From: the human T2T-CHM13v2.0 reference genome, Homo sapiens
Length of the DNA: 64,000 bases
Assembly (NCBI RefSeq): GCF_009914755.1
Contig: NC_060925.1
Direction: 5' to 3' (one strand)
Translations under genes and position numbers: made by a program
The notes under the pieces: generated by a model
What the model saw: the letters and a program-made list of their open reading frames with translations, nothing else
The model's database searches: none
Told to the model about the DNA's origin: nothing
Part shown: in pieces, positions 13,456-25,924 of the stretch
How positions within the stretch are numbered: the first letter of the stretch is position 1
Layout of the letters: every line of letters begins with the position of its first letter

Positions 13456-14017
13456 ATTAATTTTAAATCTTTCCTATGTACATGGCTTTCCTAACCTTTT
13501 TCTGGTAAGACATGTGCTTTGAATTATTTTTCTAAATATTGAGTTAAACTGACATAAAATCATAAGTTCAAATCTTAGGTCAAGTCGCATGTTGGCCACA
13601 AGCTAAAGTGAACTACGAAACAGATCTGGGGAGGTGACTATTCCTGAGCTAAGTCAAGAGTGAAGACAGGTACACTCTATGTCTTATTTCCCCCCAGAAT
13701 TAAGAACACAAGTATACTGGCCTTGTGGGATGGTTAGAGACTGAAGTAGGGAATGCACGTTAGGTCTGTAACACAGTGTTAGTGTTGGGTTGAGATTTTC
13801 ACTACTTTTTGGATACAGTAGCTCATCCAGGACTCAGTGATGGAAATCATGGCTGATAAGGTTAATATTAATATTGTTAATGGTACAAATATCATAACTA
13901 ATACCATGAAATAATCTGAAAACTGGAAATCTCCTTAAATTTCTTCTACCATTATATATCTCCATTTAAGTCCACTTTCCTCATGAAAACTTTTCAATTT
14001 ATTCTGCTATTCCTCAC

Positions 14018-14200
14018 AAGGTTGCATTCCATAAGTAGTGCTGACTGGGGCAGAGGAGCAGAGGGAGAGTCCCGCCTGCCTGAGGAGAGTAGCTTGGAGT
14101 GCAGAACGAGTGCCGAGCAGGAGAGCAGCAGTAGGCACAGTGAGCCCTCTTCCCAGTCCCCAGTGAAATCTAAGGCATTTAATTTATTAACTGTCAGGCA
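14018..14200 (-). promoter_or_regulatory. Candidate OR2T34 non-coding first exon/core promoter
   Basis: Donor CTT|GTGAGG at 14018/14017; GC-richer unique block; AT-rich ttaataaattaaatg at ~14176-14190; O/E-like sites upstream (agcctaggga ~14426, tcctcagggt ~14653). Confidence 0.4.
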
Positions 14201-14762
14201 GAGAAATATTTTTACAAGAAATCACAGCAATAAATGCTGCAGATGCCCTAAATATCAAGTATTTATTTGAAATATAAACAAAATATTTATTTTCAAAATG
14301 CCATATTTATCCCCCAAAATCATGCCTAAAATGTCCAAAATTCCGTGCATGGTGATTGAAAAATGAAGTTAAAGCACATGAGGCAGTTGTGTTGAATCTT
14401 TCATAAAACCGCAGCCCTGCAACCAAGCCTAGGGATCCTCTTGTCCTGCATCTCCTTTGCATAACAAACTAATCACCACCCCCTCCCATAAATTCATAGC
14501 TTTGCTCAGTGACTGCTTTGTCTGAATATTTCAGTTTTAATTTTCCAGTTGAATTGTTTCAATCATGCTTGATACAATTGTCTCAAAGTTAAAAAGCCCA
14601 CTAACTTCTAGACTAATGAAGAGTCAGGAGCTCCATGACTGAGGTTTGGTCATCCTCAGGGTTGCTGTACTGCAGGTTAGAGAAATAATGCTGAGGAAAA
14701 AACTAACAGTGACTGAGGCACGTGGAAATGCAAAGTGAAATACAACGCACTGTTCCTAGGGC

Positions 14763-14845
14763 AAAAAAAAAAAAAAAAAAAAAAAAAACAACAACAAAAA
14801 CAAAACCATACACACAAAACAAGAGACCAAAAAAAAAAAACAAAA
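14763..14845. repeat. Poly(A) and A-rich low-complexity tract
   Basis: A26 followed by caa/aaaac units and another A run. Confidence 0.85.
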
Positions 14846-15566
14846 CCTGGGACTTCAGGAAACCTAAAGTCAGAATTACAAAGAGCTAGCAACAAGAGTC
14901 AGGTATCTTTGTTCCTTACTTATCCCCTTTATAAAGCACTGAAGAAACGGGTTATCAAGACACCTTTCCACAAAGAGACGAACATTGCACATAGAGCACA
15001 AACCATTTGCTCCACCTCTTCTGCTCCATCAGAGAATAAATCTAAGCCACGCCAGCTCAGTGAAGCTGCTTTCACCATTCTAAGGCCAAAGCAAAGGGGT
15101 TTAAATTCAGAATGAAAATGAGAAAATTACATCATCAGTTTCTTCACATTAGGGAATTGAGATGAGTGTTTATTGCTTAATTCTTTGCACCGTTTTCCCT
15201 TTTTTTTTTCTGCTTATTCATCTTCCCTGTACTTGGCATTGTCTCTTCCCTGGAGCTTCTACTTTCTTTAAGACCATCTCAGAATCCATTATTTTGGTAT
15301 TTTTGTTTTGTTTTGCTATTTGTTTTTGATAGTTATATTCTAACTTTCCAGTTACAGTCCACGTGGTAATTAAACATGTTTTTCATTTATGCGATGCGTC
15401 TATCCAAAAGCAAATCCATCTTTTTCATGACATTGCACATTTTTAAACAACTTCATTTTTCTAGTTTAAAATTATATTTTCGTATCGGACATTTAAAGTA
15501 AGCTCTTTGTAAAAGCAAATCTGAATTTCACAAAGGGAGGATCATGGAAAACCAGTGTCAGAAATC

Positions 15567-16040
15567 TGTAAACTAAATATAAAATCCTAAGACCCCTAAT
15601 CAACTGAACAGACCCCCTTCTAGGACAAGAGAATCTCAGGAAAGCTGAAAAGCTTAATTGCAGGACATAACAAGAAGGGAGACACACTTCATTATACCCC
15701 TGTCTGTTGGAATTTAGGCACAACTGACCAGCAATAACATTGAAATAGAGTTCCTAAGACTGACAAAACAGACTCTGAGTGGCAATAAGATACCAAATTC
15801 CAACCTGACTCTAGTATAGCATCACATGACAGATAGCAGACCCTGAGGAAAATCAAAATATTCCACCCCAAAGTATGTCTTTGACATATTTTGAAATGGC
15901 CCTACAAAGCCATCTTTCGTGGGGAAAAGTTGCATCTATAGAGACTTTCCATTAACACAGCAGGGGCTTTCCCAGATTCAGGAGAAAATATCGGAGTCTG
16001 ACAACATTTAAGGTTCTAAAAGAAACATTTACCATTTATT
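15567..16040 (+). mobile_element. ERV1 MER4-group LTR, 3'-truncated
   Basis: Starts tgtaaactaaatataaaatcctaag; clearly homologous to the LTR at 59100. Confidence 0.75.
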
Positions 16041-16423
16041 ATATTTGCTTCCAATTAATTGTGTAATCTTAGTCAAGACCCTAAAAGCTCTGAGTGTCAC
16101 TTCCTCAATCAAATAAAAGGAGGAGTGTTATGTACTTGCTATGCTTCTGTGACTCTTAAGACATCTATGAATCTGATGACCGAATGTGGTCTAAGATTTC
16201 TCCATGACAGGGTGACCTTCTCCCACATCGCCCCTCTCCTTAAAGGCTCAGAGACTTCCCTTGAAATATTAGTCTCATCGAATTTAGATTATATAATTTG
16301 GGAATGAAAAAGAATGGAAAAAGGGAGCCACTTTTCTCAGTGCCTGCAAGGTTCCGAGACTTTGCTGAGTCTTTCTAGCATGACAAACGTACAAATACTG
16401 AGTAGTGTATTCATCCCTGTGTA

Positions 16424-16659
16424 CAGTCATCCCTCACTATCTGTCCTCAGTACCAGGACATCGTGAAAATACCAAAATCCATGATGCTAAAGACCCTAAT
16501 ATGAAATGGCAGAGTATTTCTATATAACCTACACCAATCTTCTCGTATGCTTGAAATCATGTCTAGATTACTTATAACAACTAATGCAATATGAATGCTA
16601 TGTAAATAGCCGTTATACTATTTTTTTTTTACGAAATAATGACAAGGAAAAAAAGTCTG
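16424..16659 (+). mobile_element. MER2 (TcMar-Tigger) left part
   Basis: TA|cagtcatccctc TIR; ctagattacttataac...aataatgacaaggaaaaaaagtctg. Confidence 0.8.
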
Positions 16660-17612
16660 GAGGATGGAACAAGATGACAGAATAGAAGTTTCCACTGATC
16701 ATCCCCCTGCAAGAACACCAATTTAAAAACTACCTACACAAAAAACACCTTTACAAGAACCAAAAATCGGGTGAGCACTCACAGTACATGGAGTTAAATT
16801 CATATTTCTGAATGAGGCATTGAAGAAGTTAGAAAAACAGTATTGCATCACTGACACTACCACTCCTTCATCCCCCAGCAGTGGAGGTGTGGTATGGAGA
16901 GCTTCTCTGTGCACTGGGGAGAGGGAGAGCCAGCAATTCTAAGACACTGAACTCAGCAATGCCCTTGTTATAGCAGAAAGAAGACCCAGACCAAATTCAG
17001 CTGACACCCACCATGAAGGGTGCATTTAAATCAGCCATTGCTGGAAGGGAATTGCGAATCCCAGTGTTTGGAACTTGAGTTACCCAAGCCTCACCATGAA
17101 GGGCTAAAGTGGCTCTGGAGCCACAGACAAACCTGAAGGGCAGTCTAGGCCACAAGAGCTGCAAATCCTAATGCTAATCTGGGCCCAGAGCCAGTGGACT
17201 CAGGGGACACATGACCTGTTAAAACACCAGCCAGGGCAGCTAAACTCATCCCCTAACCTCAGCCTCCACGGCTTGTGGCTCCAAAAGAGGCCTCTTTCCT
17301 CTGCTTTAGGAGAGGAGAGGGAAGAGTGAGGAGGACTTTGTCTTGCATCTTGGATACCAGCTCAGCCACATCAGGGTTGGATACCAGCCAGAGTCATGAG
17401 GGCCTTGGGTGAGACTCTGAGACATGCTGGCTTCAGGTGAGACTCAGCATATTACCAGCTATGGTGGCTATGGGGCAAGACTCCTTCTGCTTGAGGAAAG
17501 TGGACAGAAAATTAAAGGAGATTTTGTCTTGCACTTTAGTGCAACTATTGTTACCATTGTTATTCAACATATTACTGGAAGTTCTAGCTAGAGCAATCAG
17601 ACAAGAGAAACA

Positions 17613-17702
<90 letters not shown>

Positions 17703-19803
17703 CATACGGCATCAAACGTCAAAGAAAAGTAAAATTATCTTTGTTCACAGATGATAGGACCTTATGCTTGGAAAAACCTAAAGTCTCCCCAAAAACCTAT
17801 TAGAACTAATAAACAAATTCAGGAAAGTTGCAGGATACAAAATCAACATACAAAAGGCAGATTTCTATAAGTCAATAGCAAATAGATTAAAACAAATTTA
17901 AAAAGTAATGGCATTTATGATAGCCACAAATAAAATTAAAGAGGAATTAACCAAAGAAGTGAAAGAGTTCTATAATGATAACTATAAAACAGTAATAATT
18001 GAAGAGGACACTAAAAAATGAAAAGATATTCCAGGTTCATGAACCAAAAGAATCAATATTGTTAAAATATCCATAGTACTCAAAGCAATCTATAGATTCA
18101 ATGTTATCCTTATCAAAATACCAATGACATTTCTTACAGATATAGAAGACACTATCCTATCATTTGTATGAAGGCACAAAACACCCAGAGGAGCCAAAAT
18201 TATTCTAAGCAAAACCGCCAACCAACCAACCCACCAAAACTGGAGGAATCCCATTGCCTGACTTCAAATTATACTACAGAGCTACCATAACCAAAACAGC
18301 ATGGTGCTGGCATAAATGCAGATACATAGACCAATGAAACAGAATAGAGAACTCAGAAACAAATCCACACACCTACAGTGAACTCATTTTCTACAAAGGT
18401 GCAAGGAACATACACCAGGGAAAAGATCATCTCTTCAATAAGCAGCACTGGGAAAAGTGGATATCTATATGAAGAAAAATGAAACTAGTCCCGTCTCTCG
18501 CCATATACAAAGATATAGTCAAAATGGACTAAAGACTTTAAGACCTCAAACTATGAAACTACCAGAAGAAAACATTGGAGAAAATCTCCAGGATATTTGT
18601 CTGGGCAAATATTTCTTGAGTAATACTCCATAACACAGACAACCAAAGCAAACATGGACAAATGAGAGCACATTTTGTTAAAAAGCTTCTGCACAGTGAA
18701 GGAAATAAATCAACAAAGAGACATCCCACAAAATGGAAGAAAATGTTTTCAAACTACCCACCTGACAAGGAATTAATAACCGCAATACATAGGGAGCTCA
18801 AACAAATCTATAGGAAAAAATATAATAATCTGATTTATATACTGATAAAAGATTGAATACACATTTCTCAAAAGACAACATACAAATCAAAAACAGGCAC
18901 ATAAAAAGTGCTCAACATTGATCAGAGAAATGCAGATCAAAGCTACAATGAGATACCATCTCATCCCAATTAAAATGGCTCTTATACAAAAGACATGCAA
19001 AAATAAATGCTGGTGAGGACATGGAGAAAAGGGAACCCTCATAAACTCTGTGGGAATGTGAAGTTGCATTTAAAGTTGTATTTAAAGGTGCAACAGAGAA
19101 CAGTTTGGAGGTTCCTCAAAAAACTAAGAATAGAGCTAACGTATTATCCAGCAATCCCACTGCTGGGTATATAGCCAAAAGAAAAGAAATCAATATACTG
19201 AAGAGACATCTACACTTCCATGTTTGTTGCAGCTCTGTTCACAATAGCTACAATTTGGAAGCAACCTATGTGTTCGTCAACAGATGAATGGGTAAAGAAA
19301 ATGTGGTACTTATACATGATAGTGTACTATATAGCCACAAAACAATGAAATCCTGTCATTTGCAACAACATAGATGGAATTGGAGGTCATTATGCTAAGT
19401 CAAATAAGCCAGGCACAGAAAGACAAACATTGCATGTTCTCAGTTATTTGTGGCACCTTAAAATCAAAACAATTGGACTTATGGAGATATAAATTAGAAA
19501 TATGCTTAGCAGATACTGGGAAGGGTACTGGGGGGGGGTGAAGGGGTAGGTGGGGATGGTTAATGGATACAACAAAGTTGTTAGAATGAATAAGTACTAG
19601 CATAATAGACTGACATTGTCAATAACAATCGTACATTTAAAAATAACTAAAAGGATATAGTAATATTGTAACACAAAAGATAAATGCTTGAGAGGATACT
19701 CCATTTTTCATCATGCATTTATTATGCATTGCATTCCTGTATCAAAACATCTCATGTACCCCGTAAATGTATACACCTATGTCACAACAAAAATAAAATT
19801 TAG
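16660..19803 (+). mobile_element. L1MA-type element with both termini but a large internal deletion, inserted in MER2
   Basis: 5' start ggaacaagatg; 5'UTR fused to ORF2 RT region at ~17540; 3'UTR G-tract and A-tail; TSD aaaagtctg at 16651-16659 / 19804-19812. Confidence 0.85.
17617..17700. repeat. Compound (TA)20(CA)22 microsatellite
   Basis: Read directly; lies inside L1 ORF2. Confidence 0.95.
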
Positions 19804-19812
19804 AAAAGTCTG

Positions 19813-19918
19813 TACCAATGTGACCATGATAAGCCTAATTATATTTTCAATCCATGATTGGTTAAGTCCATGATTGGTTGAATCTTCAGATGCAGAATCC
19901 AACTCATAAGCCCAACTG
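19813..19918 (+). mobile_element. MER2 right part
   Basis: attttcaatccatgattggttgaatcttcagatgcagaa...caactg TIR. Confidence 0.7.
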
Positions 19919-20699
19919 CAGAAGCAGATACTGACACCAGGAGACAGAATGAGCATATTCTGTCCTTGGCTGGTACCCACCCTATCTTCCAACATTGCTT
20001 CTTCCAATATCTCAGAGTATCCTTAAACCACACACTTTCATATTCCTTCATAACTTCTTGTATCCTGCTTCCTTGCTGTGAATTTACCAAATGCATTTCT
20101 GTATAAACTCTACCAGTCATAAACGCTTAGATAATATGACAATTTCTTTATGAAGGCGTGCTCTACTCAATCAGTGAGAACTCTCACACCTCAGACATAA
20201 CAATCCTTCTTTTATACCCTTCACACAAGCCTCAACTCACTCTTGTATTTTAATTATTTCTAAGTTTCAATGAAAATTCCACATGAATATGTATAATTAG
20301 AAATTACTTTAATGAGCTGTATAGGTATGAAAGTTAAAAAACTAAATAAGTGTTTAAAAATCGCAGGTGGAGGGTTGATAATACGTAAAATTGCAAAATT
20401 CTAGATACATTTTAGGTACTGCTATGAAATCCTTAATGAGCTGTACACTTATTTTTTTTATGGATATACTTCAATAGTTGTACAAGCTTCATGTATAGCC
20501 ACAAATATAAACATATTCAAGAACATAAAATGACAAAATGGTCAACAAATTTATCATCTTAGGTCCTTGAGGGACTTTTGATGAGTGGACCCTGAGTACC
20601 ATCTGACAGATTTACAATGTGAACATCACATAAACAATGTTTTTGTGCAGCTTGAGATGTTACTATGGCATTACCTTGTGCATTCTGACTGATCCATAA

Positions 20700-20940
20700 T
20701 TATATTTAAAATTTGCAACAGTGCTCCCTATTTTATGTTCATAACATATATCATCATCTGGCATGACCACATCATATGTTTTACCTATTCACTGTTTGGG
20801 TTTTTGTTATTGCACAAGGAGACCAAAATATATTCATTTTCTTCTCTGTTGCTTTCTAACATTAGCACTATGCCTGGCATATATCACTTTCGCACCAACA
20901 TAATAGTAAAAATTGATTATTTGTTAAATAAATGAAGAAG
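20700..20940 (+). mobile_element. L2 3' end
   Basis: agcactatgcctggcatata...atttgttaaataaatga. Confidence 0.55.
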
Positions 20941-21401
20941 GGAAAATGATGGTTAGAGAGATTAGTGCAACTCCTTTAGAGATGAATTTAGTAATATCTC
21001 ATAACATTGAAGATGTTCTTTCTTCACTACCTAAGACTTCCAAGGAGATTATACGAGGATAGACACTCTGTTACACTATAAAGCATGAAAAAAGTGGTAA
21101 ACCTAAATATTCATATAAAGAAAATGCACACATGACCAATATTAATACCAATTTATTGTGAACATTTCAATAAGTAAAGTTGAAGGAAAATATATGTGGC
21201 AGAATGATCAGTGTGTTACCATTTAACAAATACATCCTGCTAAAATATTACATTTGGACACATATCTGCAATAAAAACATTAAAAATTGATAGGGAAGAT
21301 ACACACCTACTGTTTAAAAAAATTGGTCTGAGGACACTAAGAGAGGGAATTCAGGAGAGCACAGATAAGACTTTGATGTACCTGTAAAATATATACCCCC
21401 A

Positions 21402-21693
21402 TTTTTGAGTCAGGGTCTTGCTCTGTCACCCAGGCTGGAGTGCAGTGTCACAGTTGTGGCTCACTGCAGCTTCAATCTCCCAGGCTCAAGTGATCCTCTC
21501 ACCTCAGCCTCCTGAGTAGCTAGGACTATAGACACGTGCCACTATGCCTCCCTAATTTTTTTAAATTTAATTTTTGGAGAGATGAGGTCTCACTATGTTA
21601 CCCAGGCTGGTCTCAAATACTTAGGCTCAAGCAATCTTCCCACCTCAGCCTTCCAAAGTGTTGGGATTATAGGGCATAAGCCACTGCCCCTGG
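21402..21693 (-). mobile_element. AluJ
   Basis: gagtcagggtcttgctctgtcacccaggctgg...; flanking direct repeat tgatgtacct at 21374-21383 / 21695-21704. Confidence 0.9.
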
Positions 21694-21718
21694 ATGATGT
21701 ACCTATGATATATATATA

Positions 21719-24700
21719 TTTTTTTATTTCAATAGGTTTTTGGGGAACAGTTGGTGTTTGGTTACATTAAGTTCTTTAGTGGCAATTTGAGAATTTGGTG
21801 CACTCATCACCCAAGTAGTGTACACTGTACCCGATGTGTAGTCTTTTATCCCTCACCTGCTCCCACCCTTTCCCCCAAGTCCCCAAAGTCTATTGTATCA
21901 TTATTATCCCTTTGTATCCTCATAGCTTAGCTCCCAGGTGTGAGTGAGAACAATGTTTGGTTTTTCATTCCTGAGTTGCTTCACTTGGAATAATGGTCTC
22001 TAATTACATCTAGTTTGCTGCAAATGCCATTATTTCATTCCTTTTCATGGCTAAGTAATATTCATATATATATATATATATGCATATATAGGAATATATG
22101 TATATATGTGTATATATGTATATATAAATATATGTATATGAATATATGTATGTGAATATATGAATATATATGAATATATGAATATATACGAATATGAGAA
22201 TATATGAATATATATGATTTTCTTTATCCACTCATTGATTGATGATCATTTGGGCTGCTTCCATATTTTTGCAATTGTGAAGTGTGGTGCTGTAAACATG
22301 TGTAAGTATCTTTTGAATACAATGACTTATTTTCCTCTGGGTACACACCAAGTAGTGGGATTGCTGGATCAAATGGTAGATATACTTTTAGATCTTTAAG
22401 GAATCTCCAGACTTTTCCATAGTGGTTGTACAAGTTTACATTTGCACCAGCAGTGTAAAAGAGTTCCCTTTTCAGCACATCCACACCAATGTCTATTTTT
22501 AAAAAATTTTTTGATTATGGCCATTCTTGCAGGAGTGAGATGGTATTGCATTGCGGTTTTGAATTTCATTTCCCTGATAATTAGTGATGTTGAGCATTTT
22601 TTTCATGTTTGTTGGCCATTTGTATATTTTCTCTTGAGAATTGTCTATTTGTGTCCTTAGCCCACTTTTTAATGGCTTTGTTTTGTTCTTGCTGATTTGA
22701 GTTTCTTGTAGATTCTAGATATTAGTCCTTTGTTGGATGTAGAGACTGAAGATTTTCTCCCACTCCATGGGTTGTCTGTTTACTCTGATGATTATGTCTT
22801 TTGCTGTGCACAAGCTTTTTAGTTTAATTAAGTCCCATTTATTTTTGTTTTTATTGCATTTGCTTTTGGGTTCTTGGTCATGAAGTCTTTGCCTAAGCCA
22901 ATGTCTACAAGTTAACATTTTCTGACGTTATTTTCCAGATTTTTAATAATTTCAGGTCTTAGGTTTAAGTCTTTGATCTATCCTGAGTTGTTTTTTCTAT
23001 AAGGTTAGAGATGAGGTTCCAGTTTCATTCTTTACATGTGGCTTGCCAATTTTCTCAGCACCATTTGTTGAATAGGGTGTCCTTTCCCCACTTTTATGTT
23101 TTTGTTTGCTTTGTTGAAGATCAGTTGGCTGTAGTATTTGGTTTTATTTCTGGGTTCTCTATACTGTTCCATTGGTCTATATACTGATTTTTATGCCAGT
23201 ACCAAGCTATTTTGGTGACTATGGCCTTATAGTATAGTTTGAAGTCGAGTAATGTGATGCCTCTGGTTTCGTTCTCTTTTCCTAGTCTTGCTTTGGCTAT
23301 GTGGGCTTTTTGGTTCCATATGAATTTTAGGATTGTTTAGGATTGTTTTTCTGTGAAGAATGATGGTGGTGTTTTGATGGGAAGTGCATTGAATTTGTCC
23401 ATTGCTTTGGCAATATGGTCATTTTCAATTATTGATTCTACTCACCCATAAGCATGGGATGTGTTTCAATTTATTTGTGTCATCTATGATCTCTTTCAGC
23501 AGTGATTTGTAGTTTTCCTCATAGAGGTCTTTTACCTCCTTGGTTAGGTATTCCTAAGTATTTTATTTTGCAGCTATTGTAAATTGGGTTGAGCTCTTGA
23601 TTTGCATCTCAGCTTGGTGGCTATTGCTGTATTAACAGAGCTACTGAGTCGTGTACATTAATTTTGTATTCTGAAACTTTGCTGACTTCATTTACCAGTT
23701 CCAGGAGCTTTTTGGATGAGTCTTTAGGGTTTTCTTGGTATACGATCATATTATCAGCAAACCGACAGCATAACTTCCTCTTTACTGATTTAGATGCCCT
23801 TTACTTCTTTCTCTTGTCTGATTGCTCTGGCTAGGACTTCCAGAACTATATTGAATATAAGTGGCAAAAATGGGCATCCTTGCCTTGTTCCAGTTCTCAG
23901 AGGGAATGCCTTCAACTTTTCCCCATTCAGAATAATGTTTGCTGTGGATTTGTCATAGGTGACTTTTATTACCTTACAGTGTGTCCCTTGTATGCTGATT
24001 TTGCTGAGGGTTTTAATCATAAAGGGATGGATTTTGTCAAATGCTTTTTCTGCAACTATTGAGATACACAGAATTAAAAACAAAAGTCACATGGTTATGC
24101 GATGTATCACGAGTTGACTCATATATGTTAAATCAACCCTGCATCCCTGTTACGAAACCCACTTGATCATGATGATTTATCTTTTTGATATGTTGTTGGA
24201 TTCTGTTAGACAGTATTTTGTTGAGAATTTTTGCATGTATGTTCATCAGGGATATTGGTCTATAGTTTTGTTATGTCCTTTCCTGGGTTTGGTATTAGGG
24301 TGATACTGGCTTCATAGAATGATGTAGGAAGTTTTCCCTCTATCTTGTGGAATAGTGTCAGTAGGATTGATGCCAATTAATTCAGCTGTGAATCCATCTG
24401 GTCCCAGACTTTTTTTGCTGGCATTTTTTAATTACCATTCCAATCTTGCTGCTTGTTACTGGTCTCTTCAGAGTTTCTATTTCTTCTTTGTTTAATCTAG
24501 GAGCATTGTATATTTCCAGAAATTAATTCATCTCCTGTAGGTTTTCTACTTTACACGCATAAAGCTGTTCATAGTAGCCACGAATAAGCTTTTGTATTTC
24601 TGTGATATTGGTTGTCATATCACCTGTTTCATTTCTAATTGAGCTTATTTGGCTATTCTCTTGATTAATCTTGCTAACAGTATCAATTTTACTTATTTTT

Positions 24701-24895
24701 TCAAAGAACCTACGTTGTTTCATATAGCTTTTGTATTTTTTATTTCAATTTCATTTAGTTCTGCTCTGATGTTTGTTATTTCTTTTCTTCTGCTGGGTTT
24801 GGGTTTGGTTTGTTCTTGTTTCTCTAGTTCCTTGAGGTGTGACCTTAGATTGCCTATTTGTGCTCTTTCAGACTTTTTGATGTGGGCATTAATAG
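21719..24895 (-). mobile_element. 5'-truncated L1PB-like element
   Basis: Antisense L1PB-type 3' end; ORF2 remnants such as [14 protein letters not shown]; AT-rich simple-repeat expansion at 22064-22215. Confidence 0.85.
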
Positions 24896-25425
24896 TATGA
24901 ACCCCATGTGATTCAGGAATTCCATTACTAAGGATGTATCCAATTTAATTGGGCATGTCAAAGAGATATCTGCACTCCCATGTTCATTGCAACATTATTC
25001 ACAATAGTCAAGATATGGAATCAACCTAAGTATCCATCAATGGATGAATAGATATAGAAAACAAGACATATATCCACAGTGAAATGTAATTCAGCCTTTA
25101 AATAGAAGAAAATCTTGTTCATGTGTCAATGTTCTATATTGTGTTGTATATATCAAAACATTATAATTGTATATATAATACATATGTGTATATAATGTAT
25201 ATTATATATAATACATAATTACAATTATATGTGTAATATATATGTGTTGTATATATCAAAATTGCTAAGTGGGTACATTTTAAATGTCTCACCATGAAAA
25301 TTGGTGATAATATGTTCATTAGGTTAATTTCATCATTACAAATAATATTCGTATATTAAAATATCACATTCTACCCCATAAAAATCTATATTTTAATATT
25401 TCAATTAAAAATATTTTTAAAAATA
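24896..25425 (+). mobile_element. L1M 3' end fragment with TA-rich expansion
   Basis: ctgcactcccatgttcattgcaacattattcacaatagtcaag...tcaattaaaa. Confidence 0.75.
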
Positions 25426-25539
25426 ATGCAATAAGAACATGAAAGTAGAAAAATGATTATAGACCTTTGGTGTGGAACTGAAATCAGAAACACAAATATT
25501 AACCTATGATTTCTACATACATTTATAAATAATTGATGG

Positions 25540-25920
25540 TGTCTACTTCATTCTTTACTCGTTTTCTTTCCACATTTTGTAGATATAATTTGAGATTTTT
25601 TTATTCTATCTTCTTGAAATAGGAGATTAGTCAATATTTAACCTTTCTTCTTAATGATCTACAGGGATAAATTTTTCTGTAACCACTGCGTTAGCTGCAT
25701 CCTACACGTTTTATGTCATGTTTATATTATTGTTCTGTCAAAGGCCCACCTGTGTTTGATTTTGGTGAGAATCCCACGTGAACTAGAAAAGAACTTGACT
25801 TTTCTTATTGTTGTGAGCATTGTTCCATATGTACAAAGTTTTGTTACCATTAAGTATGTTGTATAAATCTTCTATAACTTTAGTAATTTGGAGGTTTATG
25901 TGCTCTATCACATATTGGCA
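25540..25920 (-). mobile_element. Ancient L1ME-like fragment, apparently resuming at ~29050
   Basis: Antisense EN-region motifs taaatttttctgtaaccactgcgttagctgcatcc. Confidence 0.55.
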
Positions 25921-25924
25921 TGTT

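Noticed and set aside
13419-13457. 13-aa N-terminal extension [13 protein letters not shown] of the 331-aa ORF
   Set aside because: The upstream ATG lies in the polypyrimidine tract 5' of a canonical acceptor (AG 13439-13440), so it is intronic
14735-15115. 126-aa Lys-rich ORF
   Set aside because: Produced by the poly(A)/A-rich tract
17433-17754. ORFs with VC/YI/TH repeats
   Set aside because: Translation of the (TA)n(CA)n microsatellite
19518-19560. G-quadruplex-like G-tract
   Set aside because: Ordinary L1 3'UTR polypurine tract (also at ~43155-43180)
24896-25425. Strand switch at 24895 as a twin-priming inversion of the L1PB
   Set aside because: The plus segment is a second 3' end from an older subfamily, so it is a separate element
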